A stretch of 64,000 nt of DNA from positions 3,150-67,149 of the forward strand of contig JAEZFD010000052.1 of assembly GCA_023417655.1 (NCBI GenBank). Direction: 5' to 3'. How positions within the stretch are numbered: position 1 is the first letter of the stretch; every line of letters begins with the position of its first letter. Shown here piece by piece: positions 52,962-64,000 of the stretch. A program made the position numbers and the translations under genes. The DNA comes from Planctomycetota bacterium. GTDB lineage: Bacteria > Planctomycetota > Planctomycetia > Planctomycetales > Planctomycetaceae. Under the pieces are notes generated by a model. It searched no databases and was not told where the DNA came from. It was given only the letters and a program-made list of their open reading frames with translations.

Positions 52962-53807
52962 CTATGCCGGACCGGGCTTGGGTTCGCCTTCCGGTTCAGA
53001 CCGGCCGATTCCATAAGCCGGGCCTTCGACTGCATCCCAGATGGCAAGGATGTTCAACAGACCTGCAACCCAGGTGAAAACCATGGCCAGTTCGTAAAAT
53101 TTTCCAAGCCGGTCATGCAGGTTCTGATCGTCGAGTTCGTCTGCCGGGACCGCATACCAGTTTGAGAAGGCTCGGGGGATCGCCCCGGAGAGGTGTCCCA
53201 GATCCGTCTGATTCCCGTTCAGGTTCACCAGAATTCCAGAGGTCACTCCACGTTCCGGGTTCGCTTCGATCGGCCGACTCAGCTGCACGTGATTCGAAAG
53301 CTGCAGCTTCACGGGCTTCCCTTCGAATTTCCCTTCAAACCGTCCGGTAATGGCCCCTCGCCCGAACCGCTCTTCCGCAGGCTCGAGAAAAATTATTCCC
53401 TCAATGTTTCCGGTGTGATGCCCGGTTTCATCCTGATAGCTGGCGATCCCCCGAAATGGGGTAGAAAAGGGGCGAGGAATCGAGTCGACCGCGACATTGT
53501 TCGGACTGTAATAACGCTCACGCTGAACCAGGCCGACAAGAGCCGGAGCCCCCGCCGCAGCCTGAGCCGAGTACTTCAGGATGGCAAGCATGTTGCCTGA
53601 CTTGAACGCCCCCTTCGGAGGCGGCTGAACCGCCTGCCCGCCAGAGAGCACCAGGCCGATGACAAACAGACCGATGATGCAGACAAAATACAGTGCGGCC
53701 TTGAACCAGCGTCCCTGATAGGCATGCCCCAATCCCGGCAGAAGGAGCGCCAGAATCCCGGCAAGCCAGGGACGTTTCAGTGGAATTCGAGGAGCATGCA
53801 TGAACAC
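52962..53807 (-). CDS. DUF6677-like membrane protein
   Basis: LAGILALLLPGLGHAYQGR and AGLLNILAIWDA. Start 53807 (GTG) or 53801 (ATG). Confidence 0.75.
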   Translation of the reverse strand: MFMHAPRIPLKRPWLAGILALLLPGLGHAYQGRWFKAALYFVCIIGLFVIGLVLSGGQAVQPPPKGAFKSGNMLAILKYSAQAAAGAPALVGLVQRERYYSPNNVAVDSIPRPFSTPFRGIASYQDETGHHTGNIEGIIFLEPAEERFGRGAITGRFEGKFEGKPVKLQLSNHVQLSRPIEANPERGVTSGILVNLNGNQTDLGHLSGAIPRAFSNWYAVPADELDDQNLHDRLGKFYELAMVFTWVAGLLNILAIWDAVEGPAYGIGRSEPEGEPKPGPA

Positions 53808-53921
53808 CGTCTGCCAGCAAAGATGCAGTTCGAACGGAAAGGCAGAATTGTAGGCCGCTTAACGGATCGCCGCCAGCGCCAGCCCTTTTCGGACCGGTGC
53901 TGGTCGACATCACTGACGACT

Positions 53922-55691
53922 TTACTTGGGGATGTCGATCTTGATGTGCAGATCGCGTAACTGACGGGCGTCGACTTCCGAAGGAGCCTGCAGCATCAGG
54001 TCGGATGCCTTCTGAGTCTTCGGGAATGCAATCACATCGCGAATGTTGTCGCTGCCGGTAAACATCATGACCCAGCGATCGAGCCCCAGAGCAATCCCTG
54101 CGTGCGGAGGAGCCCCGTAACGGAGGGCGTTCAGCAGGAAGCCGAACCGCTCTTCCGCGACTTCAGCCGGGATCTTGAGCAGATCGAAAATCTTCTGCTG
54201 GATCTGTGAATCGTGAATACGGACACTGCCGCTGGCGGATTCATAGCCATTGCAGACGAGGTCATACGACTGAGCCCGAATCTTGCTCGGGTCAGTATCG
54301 AAGTACCCGACATCGTCAGGATGCACGGCACAGAACGGATGGTGCTCGGCGTCCCATCGATTCTCTTCGGCATTCCAGGTGACGAGTGGGAAGTCGAGGA
54401 CCCACGCACAGCAGATTTCACGCGGATCATACAGCTTCAGATCACGTCCCACGAAGTTTCGCAACGCGGCCAGCGAGGCACAGCTCACCTTCCAGTTGTC
54501 CGCGACATAAACCAGCAGGTCGCCGTCTTTCGCTTCCATCCGGGCGACGATCGCCACCTGCTCTTCTTCAGAGAAGAACTTGGCAATCGATGATTCCAGC
54601 TTGCCGCCGACGACCTTGAAGTACGCCAGTCCCTTTGCCCCGTATTCGCCAACGAGCTGCTTGAAGTCATTGTCGAGAATTCGTCGGCTATACTTTTCGG
54701 CACAGCCCGGCAGACAGAGTCCACGGACGTGGTTGCCGGCTTCGACGGTGCTCTTGAAGACCCCGAAGTTGCTGTTCGCAACAAGATCCGAGATTTCCTT
54801 GATCTTGACGCCGAACCGCAGGTCCGGCTTGTCTGATCCGTAATCTCGCATCACTTCTGCATGCGTGTAGCGAGGCAGCGGAAGGGTAATCTCTTTTCCC
54901 TGAATTTCCTTCACCATGCGGCCGACCAGACCGTCTACCATCTGCAGGATGTCTTCCTGCTCAACGAAGGCCATTTCCAGGTCGATCTGGGTGAATTCCG
55001 GCTGGCGGTCCGCACGGAGATCCTCGTCGCGGAAACAACGGGCGATCTGCACGTAGCGGTCATAGCCGGCGACCATCAGCAACTGCTTGAACAGCTGTGG
55101 CGACTGAGGCAGTGCATAGAAGGTCCCCTCATGCACGCGGCTCGGGACGAGATAGTCACGAGCCCCTTCCGGAGTGCTGCGTCCGAGGATCGGGGTTTCG
55201 ATTTCCAGAAACCCGTTTTCATCGAAGTAGTCACGCACCACCTTCGTCAGCTTGTGACGAAGGATCATCTTCTCCTGCAGCGCAGGGCGGCGGAGATCGA
55301 TGTAGCGATATTGAAGTCGCAGTTCTTCATTTGGAACGGATTCGCTGCGTGGCTCGAATGGCGGCGTGCGACTCTTGTTTAGCACGACCAGCTGCGCGGC
55401 GCGCAGTTCGACATCCCCGGTTGCCAGCTTGGGATTCTTGTTTTCAGGGCCGCGGTCGACCACTTCGCCTGTCACCTGAATGACGTCTTCGTGTCGCAGG
55501 CTTGCGGCCACCTGCTGCACATCGCTCGCTTCATCGAGACGGAAGGCCACCTGAGTGATTCCATAGCGATCACGCAGGTCGACGAAAACCACTCCCCCGT
55601 GGTCGCGATATTTGTCGACCCAGCCAGCCAGAGTCACGGTTTGACCGACATCGGTGATGCGGATTTGTCCGCAAGTACGAGTGCGTAACAC
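53922..55691 (-). CDS. aspS: Aspartate-tRNA ligase
   Basis: [55 protein letters not shown] start after AAGGA. Confidence 0.97.
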   Translation of the reverse strand: MLRTRTCGQIRITDVGQTVTLAGWVDKYRDHGGVVFVDLRDRYGITQVAFRLDEASDVQQVAASLRHEDVIQVTGEVVDRGPENKNPKLATGDVELRAAQLVVLNKSRTPPFEPRSESVPNEELRLQYRYIDLRRPALQEKMILRHKLTKVVRDYFDENGFLEIETPILGRSTPEGARDYLVPSRVHEGTFYALPQSPQLFKQLLMVAGYDRYVQIARCFRDEDLRADRQPEFTQIDLEMAFVEQEDILQMVDGLVGRMVKEIQGKEITLPLPRYTHAEVMRDYGSDKPDLRFGVKIKEISDLVANSNFGVFKSTVEAGNHVRGLCLPGCAEKYSRRILDNDFKQLVGEYGAKGLAYFKVVGGKLESSIAKFFSEEEQVAIVARMEAKDGDLLVYVADNWKVSCASLAALRNFVGRDLKLYDPREICCAWVLDFPLVTWNAEENRWDAEHHPFCAVHPDDVGYFDTDPSKIRAQSYDLVCNGYESASGSVRIHDSQIQQKIFDLLKIPAEVAEERFGFLLNALRYGAPPHAGIALGLDRWVMMFTGSDNIRDVIAFPKTQKASDLMLQAPSEVDARQLRDLHIKIDIPK

Positions 55692-56063
55692 GAAATCAAA
55701 ATCCTTGACCTGAAGAACCGCGCTCTCGCCCCTGCCGGTCTCACATGATCCGCAGGAGCGTTTCGTCGGCGGTATCGACGTTTCTCTGATACGGTGCCAA
55801 CCGCATCCCCTGCCCAATTCGAGACTTTGACGAATCCGGCAGGTGCCGCATGATGGCGGACAGTATAGAGACCGCACGCCTGCGGACAAAGTTCAATGGA
55901 GAATTTGAGAAAACCGCGCTGCGGATACTGGAGACCACGGGACTATCAGCAAACTCACGGCCGCTCCGAAATGGGAACGGAGAAGTTTACTCTGGAGGAA
56001 ATGCGCGTTCTTCCCTGAGGAGATTGCTTCTCGGCAACGAAAGTGCGGGCGGCAACCAGCTTT

Positions 56064-57125
56064 TTACCAGCGGAACAGGCCTGTTCCCCAAGTCAGTCCG
56101 GCACCGAATCCGCACATCAGCGCAAGATCCCCGCGCTGCAGGCGTCCTGCGCGAACAGCTTCATCCAGCACAATGGGAATGGAAGCAGCGGAGGTATTAC
56201 CGTACTTCTGAAGATTGTTGAACAGCTTTTCCTCAGGGATTCCCAACTGTTCCGCCGCAGCGCTGATAATCCGGATGTTCGCCTGATGCAGCAGGAACAG
56301 GGAAACGTCGTCGACAGTCTTTCCACTCTTTTCGAGCACCAGTTCGATGGTGTCCGCAAGCATCCGCACCGCCCACTTGAAGACACTGCGTCCGTCCATC
56401 CGCATGTAATGGTCGCCAGCGACCAGTGCGTCGATAGACAGCGGTTGCCGTGTTCCCCCGGCTTTCCGATCCAGCAGCGGACCGCCGCTTCCATCAGAAC
56501 CGAGCTGGTAACAGATCAGTCCCTGATGGGCGTTCCCTCGCGTGATCACCACGGCACCCGCCCCGTCTCCGAAGAGAGGAAAGGTCCGTTGATCCCGGGG
56601 ATCAACGATTCGGCTGTTGAGATCCGCACCGATCGCCAGAGCACATTTCGCATTGCCGGTGGCGACATATTGAGCGGCCGTCACCATCGAATACATGAAA
56701 CCGGCACACGCCGCGACGGTGTCAAACGCCGGGCAGTCGAGTCCGAGCTGATCCTGAATCAGACAGGCCGTCGACGGGCAGTGATAGTCCGGCGTGAAGG
56801 TTCCGCAAACAAGCAAATCAATCTGTTGCGGATCGATTCCGGAGGCACGAATCGCGTTTCGGGCGGCTCCGACACACATGTCGCTCGTCGCCATTTCCGG
56901 CGGAGCGTGTCGACGTTCGAGAATACCGGTCCGTTGGACGATCCAGTTGGCGTCGCAGCCGTACTGTTCGTTGAGCTTTTCGTTCGTGACAACCTGCTCG
57001 GGCAGAAATGAACCGGTTCCGGCAATCTGCACGCCAAGTAACGAACTGGTCCTGCGCGTAAACAACGTTCGGTTTGCCTTGGGGTCAAGAAGATTTTCAA
57101 CAGCAGGATCGGCAGCTGTGGCCAC
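56064..57125 (-). CDS. fabH: Beta-ketoacyl-ACP synthase III
   Basis: ACAGF, FGDGAGA, HQAN, GNTSAAS, GFGAGLTWG. Confidence 0.95.
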   Translation of the reverse strand: MATAADPAVENLLDPKANRTLFTRRTSSLLGVQIAGTGSFLPEQVVTNEKLNEQYGCDANWIVQRTGILERRHAPPEMATSDMCVGAARNAIRASGIDPQQIDLLVCGTFTPDYHCPSTACLIQDQLGLDCPAFDTVAACAGFMYSMVTAAQYVATGNAKCALAIGADLNSRIVDPRDQRTFPLFGDGAGAVVITRGNAHQGLICYQLGSDGSGGPLLDRKAGGTRQPLSIDALVAGDHYMRMDGRSVFKWAVRMLADTIELVLEKSGKTVDDVSLFLLHQANIRIISAAAEQLGIPEEKLFNNLQKYGNTSAASIPIVLDEAVRAGRLQRGDLALMCGFGAGLTWGTGLFRW

Positions 57126-57773
57126 GCCTGAAACTCCTTATCGGCGGAACTATTGCGAGGCGAACGAGTCGAATTCTCGACGTCTCGCTGACGTCCGGAC
57201 AGGAAAGCCGCCCCCGCAACTGCACGCCGCAGATACAAAAGCGACTTCCAAATTCCGATCCCTGTCAGTTGCGCCGGCCCCAACCTCCGGCAAACCTTCA
57301 GTGAATCATAAGACTCATTTCATTCCCACTAAAATGTCGGGCGAAACCGACGTGGACAAACCTGCCCTGCGACCCGCAATGATCATCATGTGGTATCGCC
57401 AGTGGTTCTTTCAGAATATCGCGCGCTTGTAAAAATGACTAGTCAGGTCTGGCGTGACCGGGCAAGAGAGCAGGATGAATTCAGAAATTCTCCATTCATT
57501 TTCTCCCATCTCCCGAAATTCCGGTGAAGTTCCTCCCCAGAAACGAGTCGAGCCGCAACTTCTCCAGAGCATTCCCGTAAAGGAATGCACCTGAAGAAAT
57601 TGCGGCTGCGAACCGAGGTATCGCCCCCGGAAATGACTGAGGAAGTGTGCCCGCTCCCTCAGGTCAAATGTCGCTTGTCCATCGTAAGCCGGGTTTTATT
57701 CTGGATGGATCAACCCGGCCCGGTCAGTTTTCGTCGGAGTGAAGGGCGAAGCCGACCGAAAGTGCGAGTCACT

Positions 57774-58406
57774 CTATCGTCGGACAGGCTGCTCAAACTT
57801 GTTCTCGTTGACCACCGACTGGATGGGGGTCCCGTTGTTCGCAGGCGAAGTCGGAGTGCCGAGCGGGGCAGCTGGAATTCCCGCTGGGTTCCAGTTTGCT
57901 GTCGCCCAGAGCGGATACGATTCCACAACGCTGGTCCCCAGATCCTGCATCAGCACTCGCAGACGGGCTGACGTCAATCCGCTATTCGGAACTGAACGCT
58001 GCATCACAAAGCGTCGGGTACTCGGAATGTATGCGAAGAACTTGCCGTCTCCGAGCTGGTCATTCTGAGCCAGCAGACGCAGCAATGCGGTGCGTGGAAC
58101 GTCATTGGAGTTTTTCGGCAGTTCGTCGAGCCATGCAATCAGCCAGACAGAACTGTTGTCCTGGCTCATCGCAACGGACATGGACAATGCCCAATCCTGG
58201 TCATTCACCTGGGCCTGAAACGCGAAATCATATCGCGATTCTTTCTTCTGAGGATTTAACCCAAGAGCCGCCACGATCTGCCCGAGTTCGTCGACGCTGA
58301 CCTGAGCACCGGCTGCCTCCTGCGCAAACGCAGAATTTACGGGCCCCAGAACCGGACCTGCGCCCGCCAAGGCACCCAAAAGCAGCATGCGCTGAAATAA
58401 CTTCAT
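57774..58406 (-). CDS. Secreted protein with a YbjN/T3SS-chaperone-like domain
   Basis: Signal peptide ending AFA. Alpha-beta3-alpha pattern with ALLRLLAQN. Family tentative. Confidence 0.65.
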   Translation of the reverse strand: MKLFQRMLLLGALAGAGPVLGPVNSAFAQEAAGAQVSVDELGQIVAALGLNPQKKESRYDFAFQAQVNDQDWALSMSVAMSQDNSSVWLIAWLDELPKNSNDVPRTALLRLLAQNDQLGDGKFFAYIPSTRRFVMQRSVPNSGLTSARLRVLMQDLGTSVVESYPLWATANWNPAGIPAAPLGTPTSPANNGTPIQSVVNENKFEQPVRR

Positions 58407-58490
58407 CGACCGACACTCCTTTGTCTGGCCGCACAGCCACCCTGCCTCTCGAAACCCAGCAGGGCATCCACCTGGTCTGTGCAGAAATGT

Positions 58491-59096
58491 TCAGTTCTTC
58501 AGAAATTCGAAGCAGATCTGAGACCACGTTTCAAACTGGTCGCGCTGGTGGATCAGTTGTGAGGGTTCTTCGAATCCTGTGTTGATAATCGACTTTTCAC
58601 GTGGGAAAACTTTCGGCGCTTCTAGATCAAAAATATGAACTACGCCGAGATGCACGCGTCCCACTTCGGTCTGATCATCATTGATGAGGGCGACGCACTT
58701 CTCCGTAAATGCCGAGGCAATCTCCACTTCCTCTTCAATTTCGCGCCGCATCGCGACCTCATAAACGTTGCTGCCGGAATTCTGGTCCTCTGCAGAAATA
58801 TGTCCACCGATCCCGATCGATCGCTTACTGTGCAGCCGGGTTTCCCCCTGCTCCTTGCTGCGGGTGTAGTAAAAAATCTTTCCCTCACACCGGAAGATGC
58901 AGTAGGGAATCAGCTGTTTGAAGCTCGGATCCCCTTCAACTTCATTACGCGGCCGGTAGCTCACAAAGTTGGGGTCGAGCAGCGTATCCAGGTAACGCGC
59001 GGTGTCGGTGGTAAACCCCTGAAAATGGCCCAGCTCGTGAAACAGCAGAGTTGGCACGACGAGAACATGTTCCACAGTTGGGGCTGACTCACTCAC
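58491..59096 (-). CDS. NUDIX-family predicted phosphoesterase
   Basis: FKQLIPY, SIGIGGH, REIEEEV, VGRVHLG. GTG start after CAGGA. Confidence 0.85.
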   Translation of the reverse strand: MSESAPTVEHVLVVPTLLFHELGHFQGFTTDTARYLDTLLDPNFVSYRPRNEVEGDPSFKQLIPYCIFRCEGKIFYYTRSKEQGETRLHSKRSIGIGGHISAEDQNSGSNVYEVAMRREIEEEVEIASAFTEKCVALINDDQTEVGRVHLGVVHIFDLEAPKVFPREKSIINTGFEEPSQLIHQRDQFETWSQICFEFLKN

Positions 59097-59208
59097 GTTG
59101 ATTTCCTGCGTAAAATTTGACTTCAATTGAATCGAAGACCATGTCTGAGGCCATTTCGACCTGACATCAGTCGCATACGGACGGATCACCCTGATCAGAT
59201 CACCCTGA

Positions 59209-59994
59209 TCATTCGTGTCCGAGCAGAACGCGAACGCTCTGCCCGATATCCTCTGATCGCATCAGTGACTCACCGACAAGGATTCCGTGAACCCCGGCGT
59301 TTTGCAGGAGTTCCACGTGCTCGCGCGTGTGAATTCCGCTTTCGCCGATGACCAGAACCTCTGCCGGAATCACTTTCCGGAGACGGACGGTATGTTGCAA
59401 ATCGGTGACGAAACTCCGCAGATCTCGATTATTCACACCAATCAGCGGAGGATTGAGTTGCAGCACACGACTAACATTCTCGGGATCATAAACCTCGACC
59501 AACGCCTGCATTCCCAGTTCATGGGCAAGTGCATAGAGCGTCGCCAGCTGGTCATCATTCAGACATTCCGCAATCAGCAGAATGCAGTCCGCTCCGCTCG
59601 CCCGAGCTTCCCACACCTGATACGGATCGATAATGAAGTCCTTCCGCAGGACTGGGATCCCTACCACAGCGCGAATCTGCTCGAGATACCGCAGATGTCC
59701 CTGAAAGAAATGCTCGTCGGTGAGCACGCTGATACAGGCTGCCCCGTTCGCTTCGTACTCCTGCGCAATCTTGACAGGGTCAAAGTCGGCACGAATCAGT
59801 CCTGCAGAGGGAGAGGCCTTCTTGACTTCGGCGATCATCCCCATCGGATGACGTGCGAGCAGCGCTCCGACAAAATCTCTCGGCCCAGGAGCCTGTTGAA
59901 CCTGCAATTGAACTTCGTTCAGACTGCGTCGTGACATCGCCTCAGCAATGTCGAGTCGCTTCTGATCGAGAATACGGTCGAGAACGTTGGCCAC
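59209..59994 (-). CDS. trpC: Indole-3-glycerol-phosphate synthase
   Basis: [41 protein letters not shown]. Confidence 0.97.
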   Translation of the reverse strand: MANVLDRILDQKRLDIAEAMSRRSLNEVQLQVQQAPGPRDFVGALLARHPMGMIAEVKKASPSAGLIRADFDPVKIAQEYEANGAACISVLTDEHFFQGHLRYLEQIRAVVGIPVLRKDFIIDPYQVWEARASGADCILLIAECLNDDQLATLYALAHELGMQALVEVYDPENVSRVLQLNPPLIGVNNRDLRSFVTDLQHTVRLRKVIPAEVLVIGESGIHTREHVELLQNAGVHGILVGESLMRSEDIGQSVRVLLGHE

Positions 59995-60132
59995 GATGTT
60001 GCTACTTCAGTGAGCTAATAAATCAAAAAGCGGGAAGCCGAGGAGCGCAACCGGAGTTACATCTCCCCTGAGCTGCGCCCCAGTGTCGAGTTCGCCTAGC
60101 TGGAAATCAATGCCGCCGGGTTGCATGAAACG

Positions 60133-60164
60133 ACAAAACCCCGGGTGGTTGCCCGGGGTTTTGT
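60133..60164 (-). terminator. Intrinsic terminator after tig
   Basis: ACAAAACCCCGGG...CCCGGGGTTTTGT. Confidence 0.85.
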
Positions 60165-60218
60165 ACAAGTTCCATATTCAGATTTGCCCGACCTACTTAG
60201 TCAGCAGCTGAAACGTGA

Positions 60219-61730
60219 TTACCGATGGTCGTGGTCACAGTCATGACCAGCGTGATCGTGGTCGTGATCATGTGCCTCTTCCACTTCCGAGGCAGACTTG
60301 CCGCAAACGGAACGGTTGACAGCTTCGACCTGAGTTTCGACCGACTTCGGCATCGCGACGTCGATAAACTCGGCACTGTCCAGAATCACATCAACGGCCT
60401 TTCGCTCACGAATCTGGGCTTCGAGGTTTTCGATCATGCCTGACTTGATCATCCGAGCCCGAACACGACGTGGATTTTCTCCACGTGAGAGGGCCATCAG
60501 ACCGATTTCGGCATTGATGTCTTCAGCGGTGACTTCGATCTTCTCTTCTTCAGCAATCCGATCGAGCACAAAGTGCTCTTTCAGATTCTGTCGGGTCATC
60601 GTCAGTGAACGCTGACGCAGTTCGTTCTCGCGAGCCAGGATTTCTTTCGAGGTGAATCCGGCCTGCTGCATTTCAAGAATTTCACGACGCAGAGCGTTGT
60701 TCACCTGCTTGGTGACCAGATCTTCTGGCAGTTCCCAGTCTGCGGAGACCGTGATTTGTTCCATCACCTGGCGACGGCAAGACTGACGCTGCTCATAGCG
60801 AACCTGTCGATCGAGCATGCCGCGAACCTGTGATCGCAGGTCTTCTTCAGAGTGGGCACCGATTCGCTGTAGGAAGCTCTCGGACAGCTCTGGCATTTCC
60901 AGACGCTTGACGTCCAGCACCTTGAATTTGGCATGGACGCTTTCGCCACGCAGTTCAATGGATTCGGCTTCCATGGAGACGGTCAGGTCGGTTTCACGAA
61001 CGTCGCCAGCTTTGGCTCCGGCCATGAAGGTATCGAACCCGTCTAACTCTGCATCCTGGAACCGCAGTTTCGGACGAATACGGACACTGACGTCGTCAAT
61101 CTTTGTCAGTGATTCGCCATTGCGGGAAATCTCAACATCGACGGTGACGTAGTCCCCAGCCTGAGCCGGAGCGTCAACCGGAACCAACTGGCCGTACTGA
61201 CCAAGGAACTGAGACAGATAGTCGTCTACGTCCTGATCAGAGATCTCCTGAGACGGACGGTTGATCTTCAGACCTTTGTAGGTCGGCATATCGAAGGACG
61301 GGCGAACTTCGACATCGAACTCGTATTCGAAATCGCCAGACTCCGGGATCTCGATGCTTTCCATGTCGAGATTCGGCTCATTGATCGGCTCGAGTTCGGA
61401 TTCATCACCGAGCTGCTCGAGGCTGGCCATCAGCACGCGCTGCTTGACCTGATCAGCGAGTTCTGACTTGAAACGCTTCTTCACCAGTTCGGCAGGCACG
61501 TGGCCCACGCGGAAACCTGGCACTGAAGCGCGACCGGAGTAGCTCTCCAGAATTTCAGCGAATGTTTCGTCGATGGACGAACGGGGAACACTGACGCGAA
61601 CGTGCTTCTTGCACGGGCCGATATCTTCAATTTTGACGGACAGGGCCATGCGGGCAGGTGCATCAATGGTGGATGTCCCGGCGGCTTCGTTGTCCGCATC
61701 CTGGACCGGTGTGTTTTCAGATTCGGCCAT
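60219..61730 (-). CDS. tig: Trigger factor with His/Asp-rich C-terminal tail
   Basis: VPGFRVGHVP ribosome-binding motif, FKBP-like middle domain. Start at MAESEN. Confidence 0.95.
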   Translation of the reverse strand: MAESENTPVQDADNEAAGTSTIDAPARMALSVKIEDIGPCKKHVRVSVPRSSIDETFAEILESYSGRASVPGFRVGHVPAELVKKRFKSELADQVKQRVLMASLEQLGDESELEPINEPNLDMESIEIPESGDFEYEFDVEVRPSFDMPTYKGLKINRPSQEISDQDVDDYLSQFLGQYGQLVPVDAPAQAGDYVTVDVEISRNGESLTKIDDVSVRIRPKLRFQDAELDGFDTFMAGAKAGDVRETDLTVSMEAESIELRGESVHAKFKVLDVKRLEMPELSESFLQRIGAHSEEDLRSQVRGMLDRQVRYEQRQSCRRQVMEQITVSADWELPEDLVTKQVNNALRREILEMQQAGFTSKEILARENELRQRSLTMTRQNLKEHFVLDRIAEEEKIEVTAEDINAEIGLMALSRGENPRRVRARMIKSGMIENLEAQIRERKAVDVILDSAEFIDVAMPKSVETQVEAVNRSVCGKSASEVEEAHDHDHDHAGHDCDHDHR

Positions 61731-61954
61731 TATATTCCCCTTGAAACAACAATCGGCCAGCGACCTCACAGGATCACGGGCCGGTATTGGCAGCTCTTGT
61801 GATGACAGAGCTTGTTGATGCCAGCCCCCTGCCGGGACCGACGATTCAATCCTTCTTCATTCGACTCGGATGCTTTTGTCGTAACAAACCCATGTTGAAT
61901 GACGACTGACGCATGTCAACAGGGGACGTCCAAAAACCCCAACGAACAACGAAA

Positions 61955-62027
61955 AGCGGGTGAAGGGACTCGAACCCTCAGCCTCCACGATGGCAACGTG
62001 GCGCTCTGCCAATTGAGCTACACCCGC
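61955..62027 (-). tRNA. tRNA-Gly(GCC), CCA not encoded
   Basis: GCGGGTG acceptor stem, TAGCTCAATTGGCAGAGC D-arm, CCACG-TTGCCAT-CGTGG anticodon arm, GGTTCGAGTCC T-arm, U73. Confidence 0.97.
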
Positions 62028-62201
62028 AGGCCCTTCGACGTCTTGCGGCGGTCGAAGGTGGTGCGAAGTCTATGTTCCGATTTCACACTGCGTCAAGCGA
62101 TGCGGCAATGATCTCGTGCGGGTCGGCAAGAATCGACATTTTGCAGGCAATTTTCCGGCAAATCGTCGCTGAATCCGCCTTCAAATCTTCTCTCCGGCCA
62201 T

Positions 62202-62245
62202 AAAAAAAGTGCTCCCACCCAGCCGATTGGCGAGCGGGAGCACTT
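62202..62245 (-). terminator. Intrinsic terminator after the AraC gene
   Basis: AAGTGCTCCC...GGGAGCACTT with an A7 tract. Confidence 0.75.
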
Positions 62246-62263
62246 CAATTTCGATCCCAATGG

Positions 62264-63196
62264 CTAGCTTGACTGCTCAACGAGCGGCTGCAACTTGCGC
62301 ATTTCCGGCTCGCGGGAGGCCACCACGCCTGAAATTTCGCGGTGACGCTTGCGGTATTCCCGAGCCGACATGGACCGGAACCGCTGGAACTGGCGGTTGA
62401 AATTCGAATTGTTCGTAAATCCCGCGTAATGATAGATGTCGGAAATCGGCATTTCCGTATCAATCAGCAGCCGGCAGGCGAGACTGACACGCATCTCTGC
62501 GATGTAGTTCATCGCGGTTTTCCCGGTCGATTCACGGAAAAAGCGGCTGAATGCAGAGGCATTCATATCCGCTTCTTCGGCAAGAATTTGATGGGTCAGG
62601 TTCGGATTTCGATAGTGATCTGCAATGAATGAGCAGATTCGCTGAGTCCGACTTTCTGCATGGGAACTGGTCGGCGGAGAAAATCCGACGCTTGCCAGCG
62701 GCTCACAATCAGAAGTCTCGGCCAGGCGAACCAGAACATCCAGTAGCTTCAGGAGTCGGGATGGCGGCGGGGCATTCATCAGCCGCTCAAGATCAGGCCC
62801 GATTTCCCGAGCCACATCGGTCCCGAATCGCAGCCCACGATTGGCTTTTTCAAGCATCAATCGCACTGCAGGGAACTCAGCGGCCTCGAAAAATTGAGTC
62901 CCCAGAAAGTCATGGCGGAACTGAATGACGATGGCCGGGTGCTGGTCGAATTTGCACCCCTGAAATTCATCAGATTGCCAGGTATGGGGGAGATTGGACC
63001 CCAACAGGACAAGGTCCTGATCCCCATAGCTCGAGATATCATCCCCGACAATGCGGGTCCCTGAGCCACGTTCAACATAGGTCAATTCAATTTCCGGGTG
63101 GCAGTGCCAGCGAGTACTGATCGCCAATGTTTCTCTGTTGAAGCAGCGAAATGATTGCCCCGGGGGAGGGAGAAGATTTTCGAAGGTCGGTTTCAC
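62264..63196 (-). CDS. AraC-family transcriptional regulator (cupin + HTH)
   Basis: WHCHPEIEL, GSNLPHTW, SAFSRFFRE, GFTNNSNFNRQF. Confidence 0.93.
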   Translation of the reverse strand: MKPTFENLLPPPGQSFRCFNRETLAISTRWHCHPEIELTYVERGSGTRIVGDDISSYGDQDLVLLGSNLPHTWQSDEFQGCKFDQHPAIVIQFRHDFLGTQFFEAAEFPAVRLMLEKANRGLRFGTDVAREIGPDLERLMNAPPPSRLLKLLDVLVRLAETSDCEPLASVGFSPPTSSHAESRTQRICSFIADHYRNPNLTHQILAEEADMNASAFSRFFRESTGKTAMNYIAEMRVSLACRLLIDTEMPISDIYHYAGFTNNSNFNRQFQRFRSMSAREYRKRHREISGVVASREPEMRKLQPLVEQSS

Positions 63197-64000
63197 AATG
63201 CCTCCAGCACACGACGAGAGTAGATCTGCACGACGTGCCTCAGCGATCTCCTGCGAGATTGAATTTCCCAGCAGGAAATCATCGAGACCCTGAGCTTAAG
63301 ACGCGACGCTCAGGAATCCAAAATCAGCGGTTTCATTTCATCAAGGGGAGCCAGTGAACTCAAGGCCGATTCCCCACTATTTTGCGCGGGAGTGAAACAT
63401 TTTCGAGCAGAATTTTCCCGCACAGCCGCGACCTCACATCGCCAGAATCCCAGTCTTTTTTGCGACAAAATGATCGTTAATTCAACACGACTGCCCAATC
63501 TTTAGGCAGAAATCACGTGATATCGACTTCGCAAACAAATGCCATATTGGACCCAAATTCTGGAGGGCGAAGCGTTTCGAACAAGAAGGCCTCTTCGGTC
63601 CGTTTTCCAAGAACGCATCCACATTTGCTGATTAACATGACAGCAGAACACGGGTTTGCAGCGGGAATGAGTCATCTGTTCGGACCCTCCTACAGTCAGG
63701 GCCCAACATCGAGCGAGAAGAATTCTCTGCCGGTAAGACCTCGTGAAGTGAACTCTGACGAGCGGCAGCAATGAGAGTTTGGAGAATATTTAGTGAGAAT
63801 CCTGCGGAGATTGCGAATTGCCACCCCTGCAGGGGAGTGTTACGATTTTCGATGTGAGGCCATTTGAGTGTCGTCCTTCACGATAAGACAGACTTAACCT
63901 GCGGAAATTCATCCTGATCCGTCAGGCCTATGGCTTCACAGCAGATCGAGAGCACTCCCGGGGCCGATTTTGGCTCTTTAGTTTCCTTTGCGGCCGGTCG

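Noticed and set aside
61955..64000. Genomic island at tRNA-Gly
   Set aside because: The tRNA 3' end faces the core gene tig, and there is no integrase or duplicated att sequence
63200..64000. Short ORFs at the right end (63502-63771, 63517-63774)
   Set aside because: No RBS or motifs. Probably the regulatory region of a gene beyond the window

Overview
Core-chromosome window from a planctomycete, probably Planctomycetaceae. This is inferred from DUF1559 prepilin-like, DUF1501, DUF1571 and DUF6677-type genes. It holds about 46 CDS, one tRNA-Gly(GCC) and several intrinsic terminators. I saw no CRISPR array, integrase, transposase or prophage. Most genes are housekeeping: pheT, asnS, valS, aspS, hflX, argC, trpC, fabH, tig, sodA, lspA, nnrE, an HtrA protease and a fused CcsBA. 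Best candidates for follow-up: (1) an operon with ExbB and two ExbD but no TonB, where a vWA protein carries the TonB/TolA S-x3-H transmembrane signature and a Pro-rich linker, suggesting a vWA-tipped PMF transducer; (2) an old ~2.2 kb tandem duplication of a DUF1559 plus lipoprotein cassette that keeps its promoter, internal hairpin and terminator; (3) an archaeal-type PheT and a ValRS that each carry a CxxC...CxxC insertion; (4) a circularly permuted two-domain lipoprotein upstream of CcsBA; (5) a Ppx/GppA lacking the canonical catalytic Glu. All family calls come from recognising motifs by eye. No database search was run, so novelty is unverified.
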